NCBI GenBank assembly: GCA_963796105.1
Contig: CAWCKJ010000004.1
Coordinates: forward strand, 704,001-768,000
Direction: 5' to 3'
DNA from: a candidate division FCPU426 bacterium
GTDB taxonomy: Bacteria > Oederibacteriota > Muellerivitia > Muellerivitales > Muellerivitaceae
DNA: 64,000 nucleotides
In this document: in pieces, positions 40,564 through 49,697 of the stretch
How positions within the stretch are numbered: the first letter of the stretch is position 1
Layout of the letters: each line of letters begins with the position of its first letter
Made by a program: the position numbers and the translations under genes
The notes under the pieces: model-generated
Seen by the model: the letters and a program-made list of their open reading frames with translations, nothing else
Database searches by the model: none
Told to the model about the DNA's origin: nothing

Positions 40564-41058
40564 TTAAATATAACCTTTTACGGGACATGATAAAACCACC
40601 GACGTTTCAATCTGCCTTTCGGATATGGTCCAGTATTTTTTCAGAAGCTTATTTTTTTCCTCGGGAGTCACCAGTTTAAATCCCTGTTTTTCATAAAACC
40701 GGATGGCCCATTCAGCCGCGGCCCAGGTTCCCACCAAAGTCGGTCTATGGGTTTGTTGGAGAAGAAAGGACAATAGTTTTCCCCCGGTACCCTGGCGGCG
40801 CAAGGCCGTTTTAACATACGCGTGGCGGATCAAGGTTACGTCATGGACTTCCTGGATGCCCATGACACCGCCAATTTCCCCGTTTTCCTCATGAACCCAA
40901 AAGACGACCTTTTTGCCGATTTCACCTTGAAGATATTCCAGGGACATGTATGGCTCATGCCAGCAATCCTCCGGGATGATCCCTCGGTAGGCTTGTGCGC
41001 CGTCATTAATGACGGCAAGGCAGGTTTCAATTTCATCGGGTTGACAAGGCCTGATCAT
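40564..41058 (-). CDS. GNAT N-acetyltransferase
   Basis: RRQGTGGKLL and AIRFYEKQGF motifs. Confidence 0.92.
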   Translation of the reverse strand: MIRPCQPDEIETCLAVINDGAQAYRGIIPEDCWHEPYMSLEYLQGEIGKKVVFWVHEENGEIGGVMGIQEVHDVTLIRHAYVKTALRRQGTGGKLLSFLLQQTHRPTLVGTWAAAEWAIRFYEKQGFKLVTPEEKNKLLKKYWTISERQIETSVVLSCPVKGYI

Positions 41059-41067
41059 CTTTCTCCC

Positions 41068-43284
41068 CTACTCTTCCCAAAGCCTTTTTCGGGAAAAAAT
41101 CGTTCCCGCCAGCCAGATCATGAGGCCCGCCGGCAGGGGGTAATACCACCAGGGCCGGTAGCGGAATTCCGCCCTGTGCCAGCCCTCGGGAACCGCCAAC
41201 GCTCGGAACAAGGTGTCAGCTGAAAGAATGGGGGCAGGTTTCCCGTCCAGCCAGGCCTTCCAACCGGGATAGTTCACCTGGGAAAACACCACGATATGAT
41301 CCGAGGAGAGTTTCAGGTCGTAAACCTCGCTATTCAAACGCTCCTCCAGCCTTTGGTAAGACAGGCTGACAGGCTTAGGCGCCGGCAGGGTAACACCCTC
41401 CGGCAATGGACCCGTCAGGAAAGCGTCCGTATGGGGATTGAAGTTCTTCGAGGCCATTCCTGACAAGGCCTGGGCGTCATTCTCCGTGGCTTGGAAAGAG
41501 TCGGGCGCGTAAACCAAGGGGCAAGCGTCCTGGAGATTTCCGAAAATGGGTTGTGTAGAGCCGGGATTCGTCTTGTCCTTAACCAGGTAACTTTTGACCG
41601 CGAAGAGACGAGCCCAAGTTTCCACAGGCGTTTTCGTCATCAAGAGGTTTGTTTTCCCATAGGCCATCGCGCTATATCCAAGGACATTTCGAATGCCGAA
41701 CAGACATGTTGCGTCAACCGGGTAGGGGGTGAGGATGGGTTGGCCGAGGGCAAGGGCGGAATAATGGAGGCTGCCGTCCTCCAGCAGGACGCGGGAATGG
41801 TCCACTTCCGTTTTCAACTGGTTGAGTAAAGGCATTTTGCCGGCGAAGTCAAAATTGGAGGCCGGGCCCATGCGGGAAGGACAGGCGTACCAACCCGGAA
41901 GGAGCATGGATAGGAGGATCGAAACAAAGAACCAGCGGATTCCCCAGGGATTTGAAAGCAGGTTCAACCGCCAGAGGATCACCCCCGATAAACCCAGGAG
42001 GAGGGGAATCCACTCAGCCCAGGTCGGTTGGGTCCAAAGGAGGGCCAGCAATAAAAGGACCCCGCCATAGATCACAAGAGTATTCCGAGCCTTCATTGTA
42101 AAACCAATATTTTCAAGATGCTCATAACCCCAAGCAGCCAATACCGAGAGACAGGCAATCGGGACAAAGATGAAACGAAAACTGGCGCGAACCGAATGGA
42201 AGCCCGGGAATCCCGCGCACAGCCAATGAAAAAGCGGGAAATACTTCCCGAGGCTGACGAGAAAAAAGAATGAGCCGAGAAGAACCTGGGGCCACTTCAA
42301 GGGGTGTTTTTTACGCGCGAGGGCCCAGAAAACAAGAAGGGGAAGCCAGAGGCCCGCGTAGCCCGCGTTCGCGTCAAAGGTTTCCCCGGCCCGTACGGGG
42401 GGGCCGAATGGATTGACCGGGAAGAGAAATTGGTAAATGGTTTTCGGGTCGAGGGAATGGCTGGCGTTGAAGGTTGAAAAGTTCAAGGGACCTTGGTAAC
42501 GGTCGCTCAAACGAATGTACTCATAAGAGGGAATGAATAGGATTAAAAGTGGAAGGGCTCCCCAAACCAGGGCCCCGAATACCTTCACCCAGTTCCACGG
42601 GTCAAGTTTATTCCGAGCATTTTTAAGGACGTACCGGTTTCCCAAGCGGGCGAGAACATATAGGGTACCGGCCAGGAAAGCACCCAAGGAAATTTGATAA
42701 CTTCCGCAAAGAAAAAGAATGGCGAAGGAAAGGCCCGCCTTGAAAGCCCGTTTGGGAGTCCATTCCTGGCAAAACCCCTCAAGGGCCAAGAGGAGCCATG
42801 GAAACCAGGCCAAAGCCGCAAGAAGAGGGGGGTGGAGAATTTCCCACCAAAAAATGCCGGATAAGGAATAGGTGATTGCGCCGACGCGTGAGGGGCCATC
42901 CTTCAGACCCAACTTTCGAAGCCAAAGATAAGCCCCCATTCCGGCGATGAAAAAATGGACCAGGTTAAAGAGCGTCATCCCCCACGGAATGGATAAAAGC
43001 AGGCAGGGATATAAGAGCGGGTAAGCCGCCATGGTGTCGGGATGACCCAGGAAGGGAGACCCGCCGAGGATATAGGGATTCCACAAAGGGAACTCGGCTT
43101 TGAGAAGATGTTCTTTGAGGAACTGGCGTAAAACTGAAAAATTCGTGATATCGTCGCTGAAATAAAACTGGTTCGTCAACAAACAGGGAAGAAAAGCCAA
43201 AAGGGCCGCGAGGCCGAAAAAAAGGACCGCGCCGGGAAGTCCCGTAAAAAGAAGGGCCGCGAATCGGGATAACCTTTGGTTCAT
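41068..43284 (-). CDS. YfhO-family (GT-C) membrane protein
   Basis: PLWNPY..GGSP, many TMs, C-terminal YPGWKAWLDG...VPEGWHRAEFRYRP. Confidence 0.85.
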   Translation of the reverse strand: MNQRLSRFAALLFTGLPGAVLFFGLAALLAFLPCLLTNQFYFSDDITNFSVLRQFLKEHLLKAEFPLWNPYILGGSPFLGHPDTMAAYPLLYPCLLLSIPWGMTLFNLVHFFIAGMGAYLWLRKLGLKDGPSRVGAITYSLSGIFWWEILHPPLLAALAWFPWLLLALEGFCQEWTPKRAFKAGLSFAILFLCGSYQISLGAFLAGTLYVLARLGNRYVLKNARNKLDPWNWVKVFGALVWGALPLLILFIPSYEYIRLSDRYQGPLNFSTFNASHSLDPKTIYQFLFPVNPFGPPVRAGETFDANAGYAGLWLPLLVFWALARKKHPLKWPQVLLGSFFFLVSLGKYFPLFHWLCAGFPGFHSVRASFRFIFVPIACLSVLAAWGYEHLENIGFTMKARNTLVIYGGVLLLLALLWTQPTWAEWIPLLLGLSGVILWRLNLLSNPWGIRWFFVSILLSMLLPGWYACPSRMGPASNFDFAGKMPLLNQLKTEVDHSRVLLEDGSLHYSALALGQPILTPYPVDATCLFGIRNVLGYSAMAYGKTNLLMTKTPVETWARLFAVKSYLVKDKTNPGSTQPIFGNLQDACPLVYAPDSFQATENDAQALSGMASKNFNPHTDAFLTGPLPEGVTLPAPKPVSLSYQRLEERLNSEVYDLKLSSDHIVVFSQVNYPGWKAWLDGKPAPILSADTLFRALAVPEGWHRAEFRYRPWWYYPLPAGLMIWLAGTIFSRKRLWEE

Positions 43285-43485
43285 GACCGCATTATAAGGA
43301 ATAATCGCGGTTGTCCGCCGGTTTAATCAACAGGCTGAAAAGCCTTAAATGAGGGTCTTGGGGAGGGATCAACCTAGGGGGCTCGGGGCCCGTTCCCTGC
43401 CCGGAACGAACCCCTCACCCCTGGCTTCGAAAAAGGGATTAAGAACGTTTTTTTTTATTAAACTCTTGGCTCAATAAGGAATCCT

Positions 43486-43866
43486 TTAGTTTGTTGCGTG
43501 CGCCAGTTCCCCTTCGTCCGAACTCACTAATCCTGCCCAGGACCGCGAATCCGGCGCCTTGAGATTTTTGGAACGGCACTCCTCGATCTTTTCCGAGGCT
43601 TGAATCATCAACCTCATGATTTGATCGTAAATATCGGTGGATATTTTCCCGTTCAACGCCAGATCCAGGATGGTTAAAACCTGTTTCCGGCCCTGGATGG
43701 CCCAATCGCTGTCGATTTCCTGGAGCCGGTTCAACCAGAGCTCCATTTCCACGCAGATGTCAAGAATCACGTTCGGCGCCGTACCGTAGGTCAACGAAAG
43801 CTTGGAGCCAAGACTGTCCAATTCCCTTTCCAAATCACCTAATGCCAGATCACTTGTTTTCCTCAT
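43486..43866 (-). CDS. Helical hypothetical protein
   Basis: ATGA overlap with the upstream gene; GGAGG RBS. Confidence 0.65.
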   Translation of the reverse strand: MRKTSDLALGDLERELDSLGSKLSLTYGTAPNVILDICVEMELWLNRLQEIDSDWAIQGRKQVLTILDLALNGKISTDIYDQIMRLMIQASEKIEECRSKNLKAPDSRSWAGLVSSDEGELAHATN

Positions 43867-44399
43867 GTGTTTCCTCCGTTGCCGTTTCCGCCCCGGCCCG
43901 AACGGCTCTTAGTAAGGGCCCAGACCCTTATTTCCAAGGGATGGTTGTCCACCTCGAGGGAACATGAACCCAGCGGGGTTTGGGCTGGCCAACTCCAGGG
44001 CCCGCTGGTGAAAATGAGGAAGGATTGAAAGCCCGTGTGATGGGATTGGGACGAGATCAATCGCTGGCAGAAAAGCCGGACCAGCCGATCGAAAGCTTCT
44101 TCCACGGTGGGATATTTACCTGACCCGCTCGAAACCGATCGTGACAGGGAAAGGCCAAGATCCCAGCCGGCTCGCAATACCACTAAACCATTGGATTTCC
44201 CGGTGAGATGGACGCTTTTTTCCAGGGGCAACTCCATTAATTCCTCGGGTGTCCCTAGGTAATGAGCGGGCGGATGGTGGGTGAATTTCAAGGCTTCATC
44301 GAGGGATTCCAACAAGAGATGTCCGGCCCAAAGAAAGCCTTCGCGGACTGGGGCCGCTTTGGTCATAAGATTCCCAGAAGGATACAATCGAACCTCCAA
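43863..44399 (-). CDS. Hypothetical protein, divergent CheX-like; paralog of 29730
   Basis: Motif similarity to 29730-30407; start codon uncertain. Confidence 0.6.
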   Translation of the reverse strand: MEVRLYPSGNLMTKAAPVREGFLWAGHLLLESLDEALKFTHHPPAHYLGTPEELMELPLEKSVHLTGKSNGLVVLRAGWDLGLSLSRSVSSGSGKYPTVEEAFDRLVRLFCQRLISSQSHHTGFQSFLIFTSGPWSWPAQTPLGSCSLEVDNHPLEIRVWALTKSRSGRGGNGNGGNT

Positions 44400-44457
44400 A
44401 AATAAGATGAATAAGGAGTGGGCGTTGATCGCGGAATGAATTTCTAAATATTAAAAA

Positions 44458-44473
44458 GCAAACAGCGTGCCAA
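44458..44473 (-). promoter_or_regulatory. Sigma54 (-24/-12) promoter
   Basis: Minus strand TTGGCACGCTGTTTGC = TGGCAC-N5-TTGC; candidate enhancer inverted repeat TCTCA-N14-TGAGA at ~44567-44589. Confidence 0.8.
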
Positions 44474-44669
44474 CAGCTTGGAGGAAAAAACCTGAGAAAA
44501 ACCTGGGGTTTCTTGTGCTGGAAACTTTCTTAAATGGGGTGCGTTTACTCAAACCGAGTAATCGATTCTCAATTGGGGACAAACTGAGACCATCAAGGAG
44601 GTTTAAATCAAGGGACAAAAAATGTGGTCCATTCGATTAACCGAAAAAACGAAAATCCCACCCTGGTTT

Positions 44670-45230
44670 TCAGGATTGTTTTTTGAAAAACCTATCCAGC
44701 TGGGCGAAAGTGTTCTTGGCGAAAAGAACCACGAGGCCCATCCCCAGGAACAAGAGATCCCGGACAATGGTCAGCCAGGTGATCTTCTCGTTCGGGTCCC
44801 CTAGCCCGCATCCGCACCCGATTTCTATACCGCGCACGAAGGCCCAGCTGATGGAGAGCGAATACACCGCCATCAAGCCGCAGAAGATCACAACCGCCCC
44901 TCGCCAACCGATCCCCAATACCAGCGCGGCGCCTGAGAAGAACTCCACCCAGGGGATGACGATGGCCGCCAGGGGAACCAATTGCGGGGGAAGGGTGTGG
45001 TAGTCGGCCACTTCCTGGATGAAGGCGGACGGCTCCACCAGCTTGTCATGCGTGGAGTAAAAAAGGATAAGGCCGCAAACCACCCTCAAAAGGGTCACAG
45101 CCGCGATCTCGCCGTTGGTCGGACCGGTTTTCCGGGAAGCGGGGCCAAAGCGCGCCCAGGCCCAGAAAACCAAAAGCAAGGCGCTTACCGCGCACAAGCC
45201 GGGGTCGTTCATGATTTGGCGGAATATCAT
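44670..45230 (-). CDS. MauE/DoxX family membrane protein
   Basis: LLRVVCG...DKL, PWVE, IGCGCG, RDLL. Confidence 0.85.
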   Translation of the reverse strand: MIFRQIMNDPGLCAVSALLLVFWAWARFGPASRKTGPTNGEIAAVTLLRVVCGLILFYSTHDKLVEPSAFIQEVADYHTLPPQLVPLAAIVIPWVEFFSGAALVLGIGWRGAVVIFCGLMAVYSLSISWAFVRGIEIGCGCGLGDPNEKITWLTIVRDLLFLGMGLVVLFAKNTFAQLDRFFKKQS

Positions 45231-45886
45231 GGGCGTTCCCCCTTGCGGGAGGGATATCCGGCCTTTTTCCATTCAGGCCATCCTCCCAGGTAAACTTCCA
45301 CTTGTTGGTAGCCCTGGGCGATGAGGCTTTTGGCCACCTCAAGGGCTAGGTCGCAATCCCCCCCGTGGCAATAGCAAACCACATCCTGGTTCTTGTCCGG
45401 CAATCGGGGCATCACGATGGGCGCGAACTTATCCATCTCGTTGGCGAAAAAATTAAGGGCTCCCAGTATGTGGCCGTCCTGGTATTCCTCAGGCTTGCGC
45501 GCGTCGAGAAAAATGGCTTTCTTGCCGTCGAATCTTTTCTTGGCCCCGATCAAGGTGATGCGGGAGACATTATCTCGCGGGGAATTCTGCGCCTGGGCTT
45601 GGACTTGTGTCTTGGGTTTGGAGCCGCCTGAAATATTCCATCCAGCCGGGGCCTCCGTAGAGGAATTGCCGGAAGGATTGGAATTCAAGATTTTTTGCAG
45701 GGAAAGTTTCTTCACCGGCTTGTACTTGAGTTCGATACCGTCGGGATAAAAAGCGTTGAACAAAAGGGCGAAGGCGGCTGAAAAAACCACGAGGTTCCAG
45801 GCCTCCAGGATCGTCCCCTTGAGGGGAAAAGCCCGGGAGGGTTGGGAGGTTGGGCTAAGTTGAATCGGTGATTTTCTGGGGCTCAT
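45227..45886 (-). CDS. Membrane-anchored rhodanese domain protein
   Basis: FLDAR...YQDGHILGA, YCHGGDC, YLGGWPEW. Confidence 0.9.
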   Translation of the reverse strand: MSPRKSPIQLSPTSQPSRAFPLKGTILEAWNLVVFSAAFALLFNAFYPDGIELKYKPVKKLSLQKILNSNPSGNSSTEAPAGWNISGGSKPKTQVQAQAQNSPRDNVSRITLIGAKKRFDGKKAIFLDARKPEEYQDGHILGALNFFANEMDKFAPIVMPRLPDKNQDVVCYCHGGDCDLALEVAKSLIAQGYQQVEVYLGGWPEWKKAGYPSRKGERP

Positions 45887-46249
45887 GGTTCTTTATTGTA
45901 AGCGAAACGACTCATCCATTTGTACCCGGATATGAATTTGGAATGGGTTGATTGTTAATTTTGTTCCTAAATAAATTAAGCTTTTACTCCGTGCGGTGAA
46001 TCCCCAGGTTGGTTGAAGTTCCGGAGCAATAATTTGTAATCCATGCTTCCGAAAATCATTATCAATTGTCGTTCATGTTTATTCTTTAAAACCCCACGAA
46101 ATGGCCTTTGTTTCCCGTTTAACCTTATTGACCACTCCTCCCTTGGGGGGTACCATTTAGAAGTTGATCCAACCATTTCGGAAGGTTTCCAAAGGGTCGA
46201 TGTCATCCCTTCCGAATATTAAATCAGCTCATCTTCGGAGGTTTTCCAT

Positions 46250-46327
46250 GCACCGATTTACTAAAAAAAATAAAATTGAAATCGGTGCTATACCGACCTC
46301 TTTGAAAGCCTCGCGGAAAGTCGGCAT
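46250..46327 (+). repeat. Double-hairpin module, copy 5
   Basis: GCACCGAT-N23-ATCGGTGC-T-ATACCGAC-N22-GTCGGCAT; preceded by TTCGGAAGG-N22-CCTTCCGAA. Confidence 0.8.
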
Positions 46328-48440
46328 GAAGCACAGCTATCTCTGGTTTTACATTCTCTTTTTGGGAATCACGGCGTCAGTCATCGGAGCCTGCAGTTCC
46401 GGAAACAGCCCCAGTTCCCCCAACCCCCCGGCCGCCACCAGTACACCCACGGTCACCAACACTCCCTGCACGGATTTGTCCGGCAATACCTGCACCTACA
46501 CCTCCACCTTCACCTCGACCAACACCGCCACGTCCACGCCCACGAACACGCCCACGAACAGCCCAACTGATACCTTCTCCCCCACCCCGACCAATACTTT
46601 TACGGACACCCGCACACCCACAGAAACCTATACCCCGACGCAAACTTTTACCCAGACTGATACACCGACCATTACCGATACACCGACTATCACAAACTCG
46701 CCGACGATCACGAATACGCCGACCATTACCAATACACCCACGATAACCTTTACACCTCCCCCGACCGCGACTCCGACGAACAGCCCCACCTATACCTACA
46801 CCTCGTTATACACACCCACCCAAACCAGCACCCCCACGAAAACACCCACTCTAACCGGTGTTCCCACCCAAACCGGAACCCCCACGAAAACCCTCACACC
46901 CACCATCTCCAGGACACCCACAAAAACAAGCACTCCGACTAATACAGCCACGCCAACCGTCGGGTCTTATGTCATCAAGGGCACGGTTCAATACGGCGGG
47001 GGAAACAGCCCCACGGGAAAATACCTGGTGGTGTACGCGACCACCAGCCTTAACGGGGGCAACGGTGTTTTTTGGTCGGCACCGGCGAAGACAGGGGCCG
47101 TTTCCTATCTTCTCAGCGTTCCCTCGACAGGTGATTACGAGCTCCTGGCCTTCTGGACTGGAGTCCAAAGTTTTGGAGGTAACGGGAACGGGAACAATAA
47201 CGGCGGGCCGGCCGTGGGTGATCCCTATGGGGTTTACGCTGGCGCTCCGGGTACTAACGCCTGCCTAGGCGTCACTACAACCGCACCAACAACATTCAGT
47301 TTCACGGCGCCCCAGACTTTATCCGCCAATGTTTCCTTCGGCAATAACTGCGAGCTTTACGGGGTTTCCGGCCCTGTCACCTACACCGGCATCGGCGGGG
47401 TCAATAATAATAATACATTAAATGTCGTCGGCTACTCCGACAGCAACTATTCAGTCACCCTCCAGGGCGGGAACAAAGGGGTAGCGACGAATGGCGGCAC
47501 CTATAGCGTTCTCAACCTCTCCGGCGCCGCCACGATCTGGCTCCAAGCCTATTACGACCAAACGGGAAACGGCGGCGACAGCGTGTCCAACTGCGATCCC
47601 GTGACGAACTGGGGTCCCGTGTCCGTGGGAAACTCGGTGGTCACAAATTATGGCGTCACCCTGTCCGACGCAACTTTGTATAACTGCTCAAATAGCCTGT
47701 CCGGCACCGTCACTTATGCCGTCAACGGTGCGGTCGTGAACGCGAACGATCCCATTCTGGTGCGGGCCGTCACGATCGGCACCTGCGGGGGAGGGGGCGG
47801 CACCTGCTCCAACACCGTGGCGATATGCGCGGTGACCCAAAACGGGGGTGGGTATTTCATGGGCCTTCCCGCTGGCTCCTATTATGTCACGGAAGAATAC
47901 GTGGCCGACGCTGGGGCCTCTTGGGGTAATTCATCCTACGCCATCGGCAGTTATGTCCAAAACTCCGATCCAGCCAACCCCTGTTGCGGACCCAATTGGA
48001 ACGGCTATGGCAGCCCCATCGCGGTGAGTGGGAATTCCGTCTCGAACCTGAGTTTCGATGATTCCTGCGGGCAAATCCAGGGATATATCGGAACCCTGAA
48101 CTATACCGGTTCGAAGGGGACCCCTTACTGTAACAACGGCCCTGGCACCCAGATTTTCGTCATGGCCGTCACCCAGACAGGCGAGGATAACGAGTCAAAC
48201 ACCTTCGCGAATGTCTGCACTAATGGCGATACCTTTGCCATCCAGTTTGGCGGTTTATGCGGTTCCAGCGAAACTCAAAGTTATTACTTAAGGGCTTGGT
48301 TCGACTCCGCGGGGGTGAACGCAACGAGTTGCTGCCAAGGCCCGGTTTCCGGTGAACCCTGGACCGTGGTGGGGCCCTTTAACAGCAGCACCAATCCGTC
48401 TTCCATCAACATTTCTTTTGGCGACAGTCACCTCTGGTAA
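46326..48440 (+). CDS. Thr/Pro-rich lipoprotein with repeated Cys-containing beta-sandwich-like domains
   Basis: Lipobox IGAC; ~170-aa TPT linker; four repeats beginning G(T/P)(V/L)xY. Confidence 0.75.
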   Translation: MKHSYLWFYILFLGITASVIGACSSGNSPSSPNPPAATSTPTVTNTPCTDLSGNTCTYTSTFTSTNTATSTPTNTPTNSPTDTFSPTPTNTFTDTRTPTETYTPTQTFTQTDTPTITDTPTITNSPTITNTPTITNTPTITFTPPPTATPTNSPTYTYTSLYTPTQTSTPTKTPTLTGVPTQTGTPTKTLTPTISRTPTKTSTPTNTATPTVGSYVIKGTVQYGGGNSPTGKYLVVYATTSLNGGNGVFWSAPAKTGAVSYLLSVPSTGDYELLAFWTGVQSFGGNGNGNNNGGPAVGDPYGVYAGAPGTNACLGVTTTAPTTFSFTAPQTLSANVSFGNNCELYGVSGPVTYTGIGGVNNNNTLNVVGYSDSNYSVTLQGGNKGVATNGGTYSVLNLSGAATIWLQAYYDQTGNGGDSVSNCDPVTNWGPVSVGNSVVTNYGVTLSDATLYNCSNSLSGTVTYAVNGAVVNANDPILVRAVTIGTCGGGGGTCSNTVAICAVTQNGGGYFMGLPAGSYYVTEEYVADAGASWGNSSYAIGSYVQNSDPANPCCGPNWNGYGSPIAVSGNSVSNLSFDDSCGQIQGYIGTLNYTGSKGTPYCNNGPGTQIFVMAVTQTGEDNESNTFANVCTNGDTFAIQFGGLCGSSETQSYYLRAWFDSAGVNATSCCQGPVSGEPWTVVGPFNSSTNPSSINISFGDSHLW

Positions 48441-48450
48441 GAGAATTTTA

Positions 48451-48482
48451 AAAGCCCGGACCGGATGGTCCGGGCTTTTTTG
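48451..48482 (+). terminator. Rho-independent terminator
   Basis: AAAGCCCGGACC-GGAT-GGTCCGGGCTTTTTT. Confidence 0.85.
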
Positions 48483-48622
48483 CGTCTTTTTACTTCGTTT
48501 GTATTTAAGCCTTTTTGACCTATTTAAGAAAATAGAAGTGTGTTGGAGGAAGTTCCTCTGTGGTAGATTGGTCCGGTTGTGTTTTCGTTGGAAATCTTGT
48601 GAAAAAACAAAGGAGATTTATT

Positions 48623-49603
48623 ATGGGGAGATTCATGTGTTGCCTGACGGTCCTTTCATTTCTGGCGGCGGGAACCGCCTTGGCTGATGATTCCGCGGCT
48701 TCCAACGCCGCTCCTTCCCCCACTCCTGCGGTAAAGCACCATAAGAAAAAGGCTTCCGCCCAGGCGGCCCCCACGGCCACGGTCCAGGTGACGCCGGTTG
48801 TGACTTCCTCTGCCGCGCCCGGCTCCAAGAAAGCCTCGGGCCTGAAAAAACCCCTGGTGAAGGAAAAAGTTTTGGCCGCGCCTCCCCCCGCCGATGATCT
48901 GCTGGTGGAGGGCAACAAGGCCTTCGACGCCGGGGAATGGTCCAAAGCCGCCGCGGCCTTCCGCGCTTATACGGACAAGCACGGGAAAATCCCCGAAGTC
49001 CTGAAAAAACTCTATCTCGCGGAATTCCGCGAGGGGGAAAGCCTGATCGGGGAGGCCCGGGACGGCTTCCGCTTGGACGAGAAAACCATCCCCATGGACG
49101 GGGAAACCCACAACCTGATGGTTTATGGCAAGAAGGAGCCGGCCCGCTCGGCCCATCCCTTCACGATCAGTTTGGCCATCCTGACCCCGGCCGTGCTCGG
49201 TATCGACCTGGGTTACACCATCGCGGCCCATTGGAACGTGGGACTCGGGGTGGGACTCATCGGCTTCAACCCGCGCCTGAAATATTACCTGGCAGGCGAC
49301 GTCTCCTCCTTCTTCCTGACGGGCGGCTACGCCTCCTTCAACACCGGCACCTTGTCGATTAACGTCAACAGCGGGAACGGTAACAACGGGTCGGGTTCCC
49401 TCACGGGCGACTTCACTTACCTTGGTTTCGGCCACTCCTTCGTGGGTTCCGACGGCAGTTTCCTGGAAGCGGAGTTCGACTTGGGCGGCGCCAATCTTTC
49501 GGGCCAAGGCACCGGCGGCAACAACAACGGGTCCGGCTCTGGGAATTTCAACTACAACGGGGTCTTCGGCATGCTGGGCTTCCGCTTGGGCTTCGCCATC
49601 TAA
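48623..49603 (+). CDS. Exported protein with TPR-like helix pair and C-terminal beta-barrel-like domain
   Basis: AAGGAG RBS, signal peptide, amphipathic strands, terminal GFRLGFAI. Confidence 0.65.
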   Translation: MGRFMCCLTVLSFLAAGTALADDSAASNAAPSPTPAVKHHKKKASAQAAPTATVQVTPVVTSSAAPGSKKASGLKKPLVKEKVLAAPPPADDLLVEGNKAFDAGEWSKAAAAFRAYTDKHGKIPEVLKKLYLAEFREGESLIGEARDGFRLDEKTIPMDGETHNLMVYGKKEPARSAHPFTISLAILTPAVLGIDLGYTIAAHWNVGLGVGLIGFNPRLKYYLAGDVSSFFLTGGYASFNTGTLSINVNSGNGNNGSGSLTGDFTYLGFGHSFVGSDGSFLEAEFDLGGANLSGQGTGGNNNGSGSGNFNYNGVFGMLGFRLGFAI

Positions 49604-49697
49604 GCCTCGTTGACCCGTCCTAAAACCGGGGCTACCATGGGAAGTGAAATCCGATTCAAGTTTTAAAAATCGGACTTCCTGACCGCGGTAAACGACC

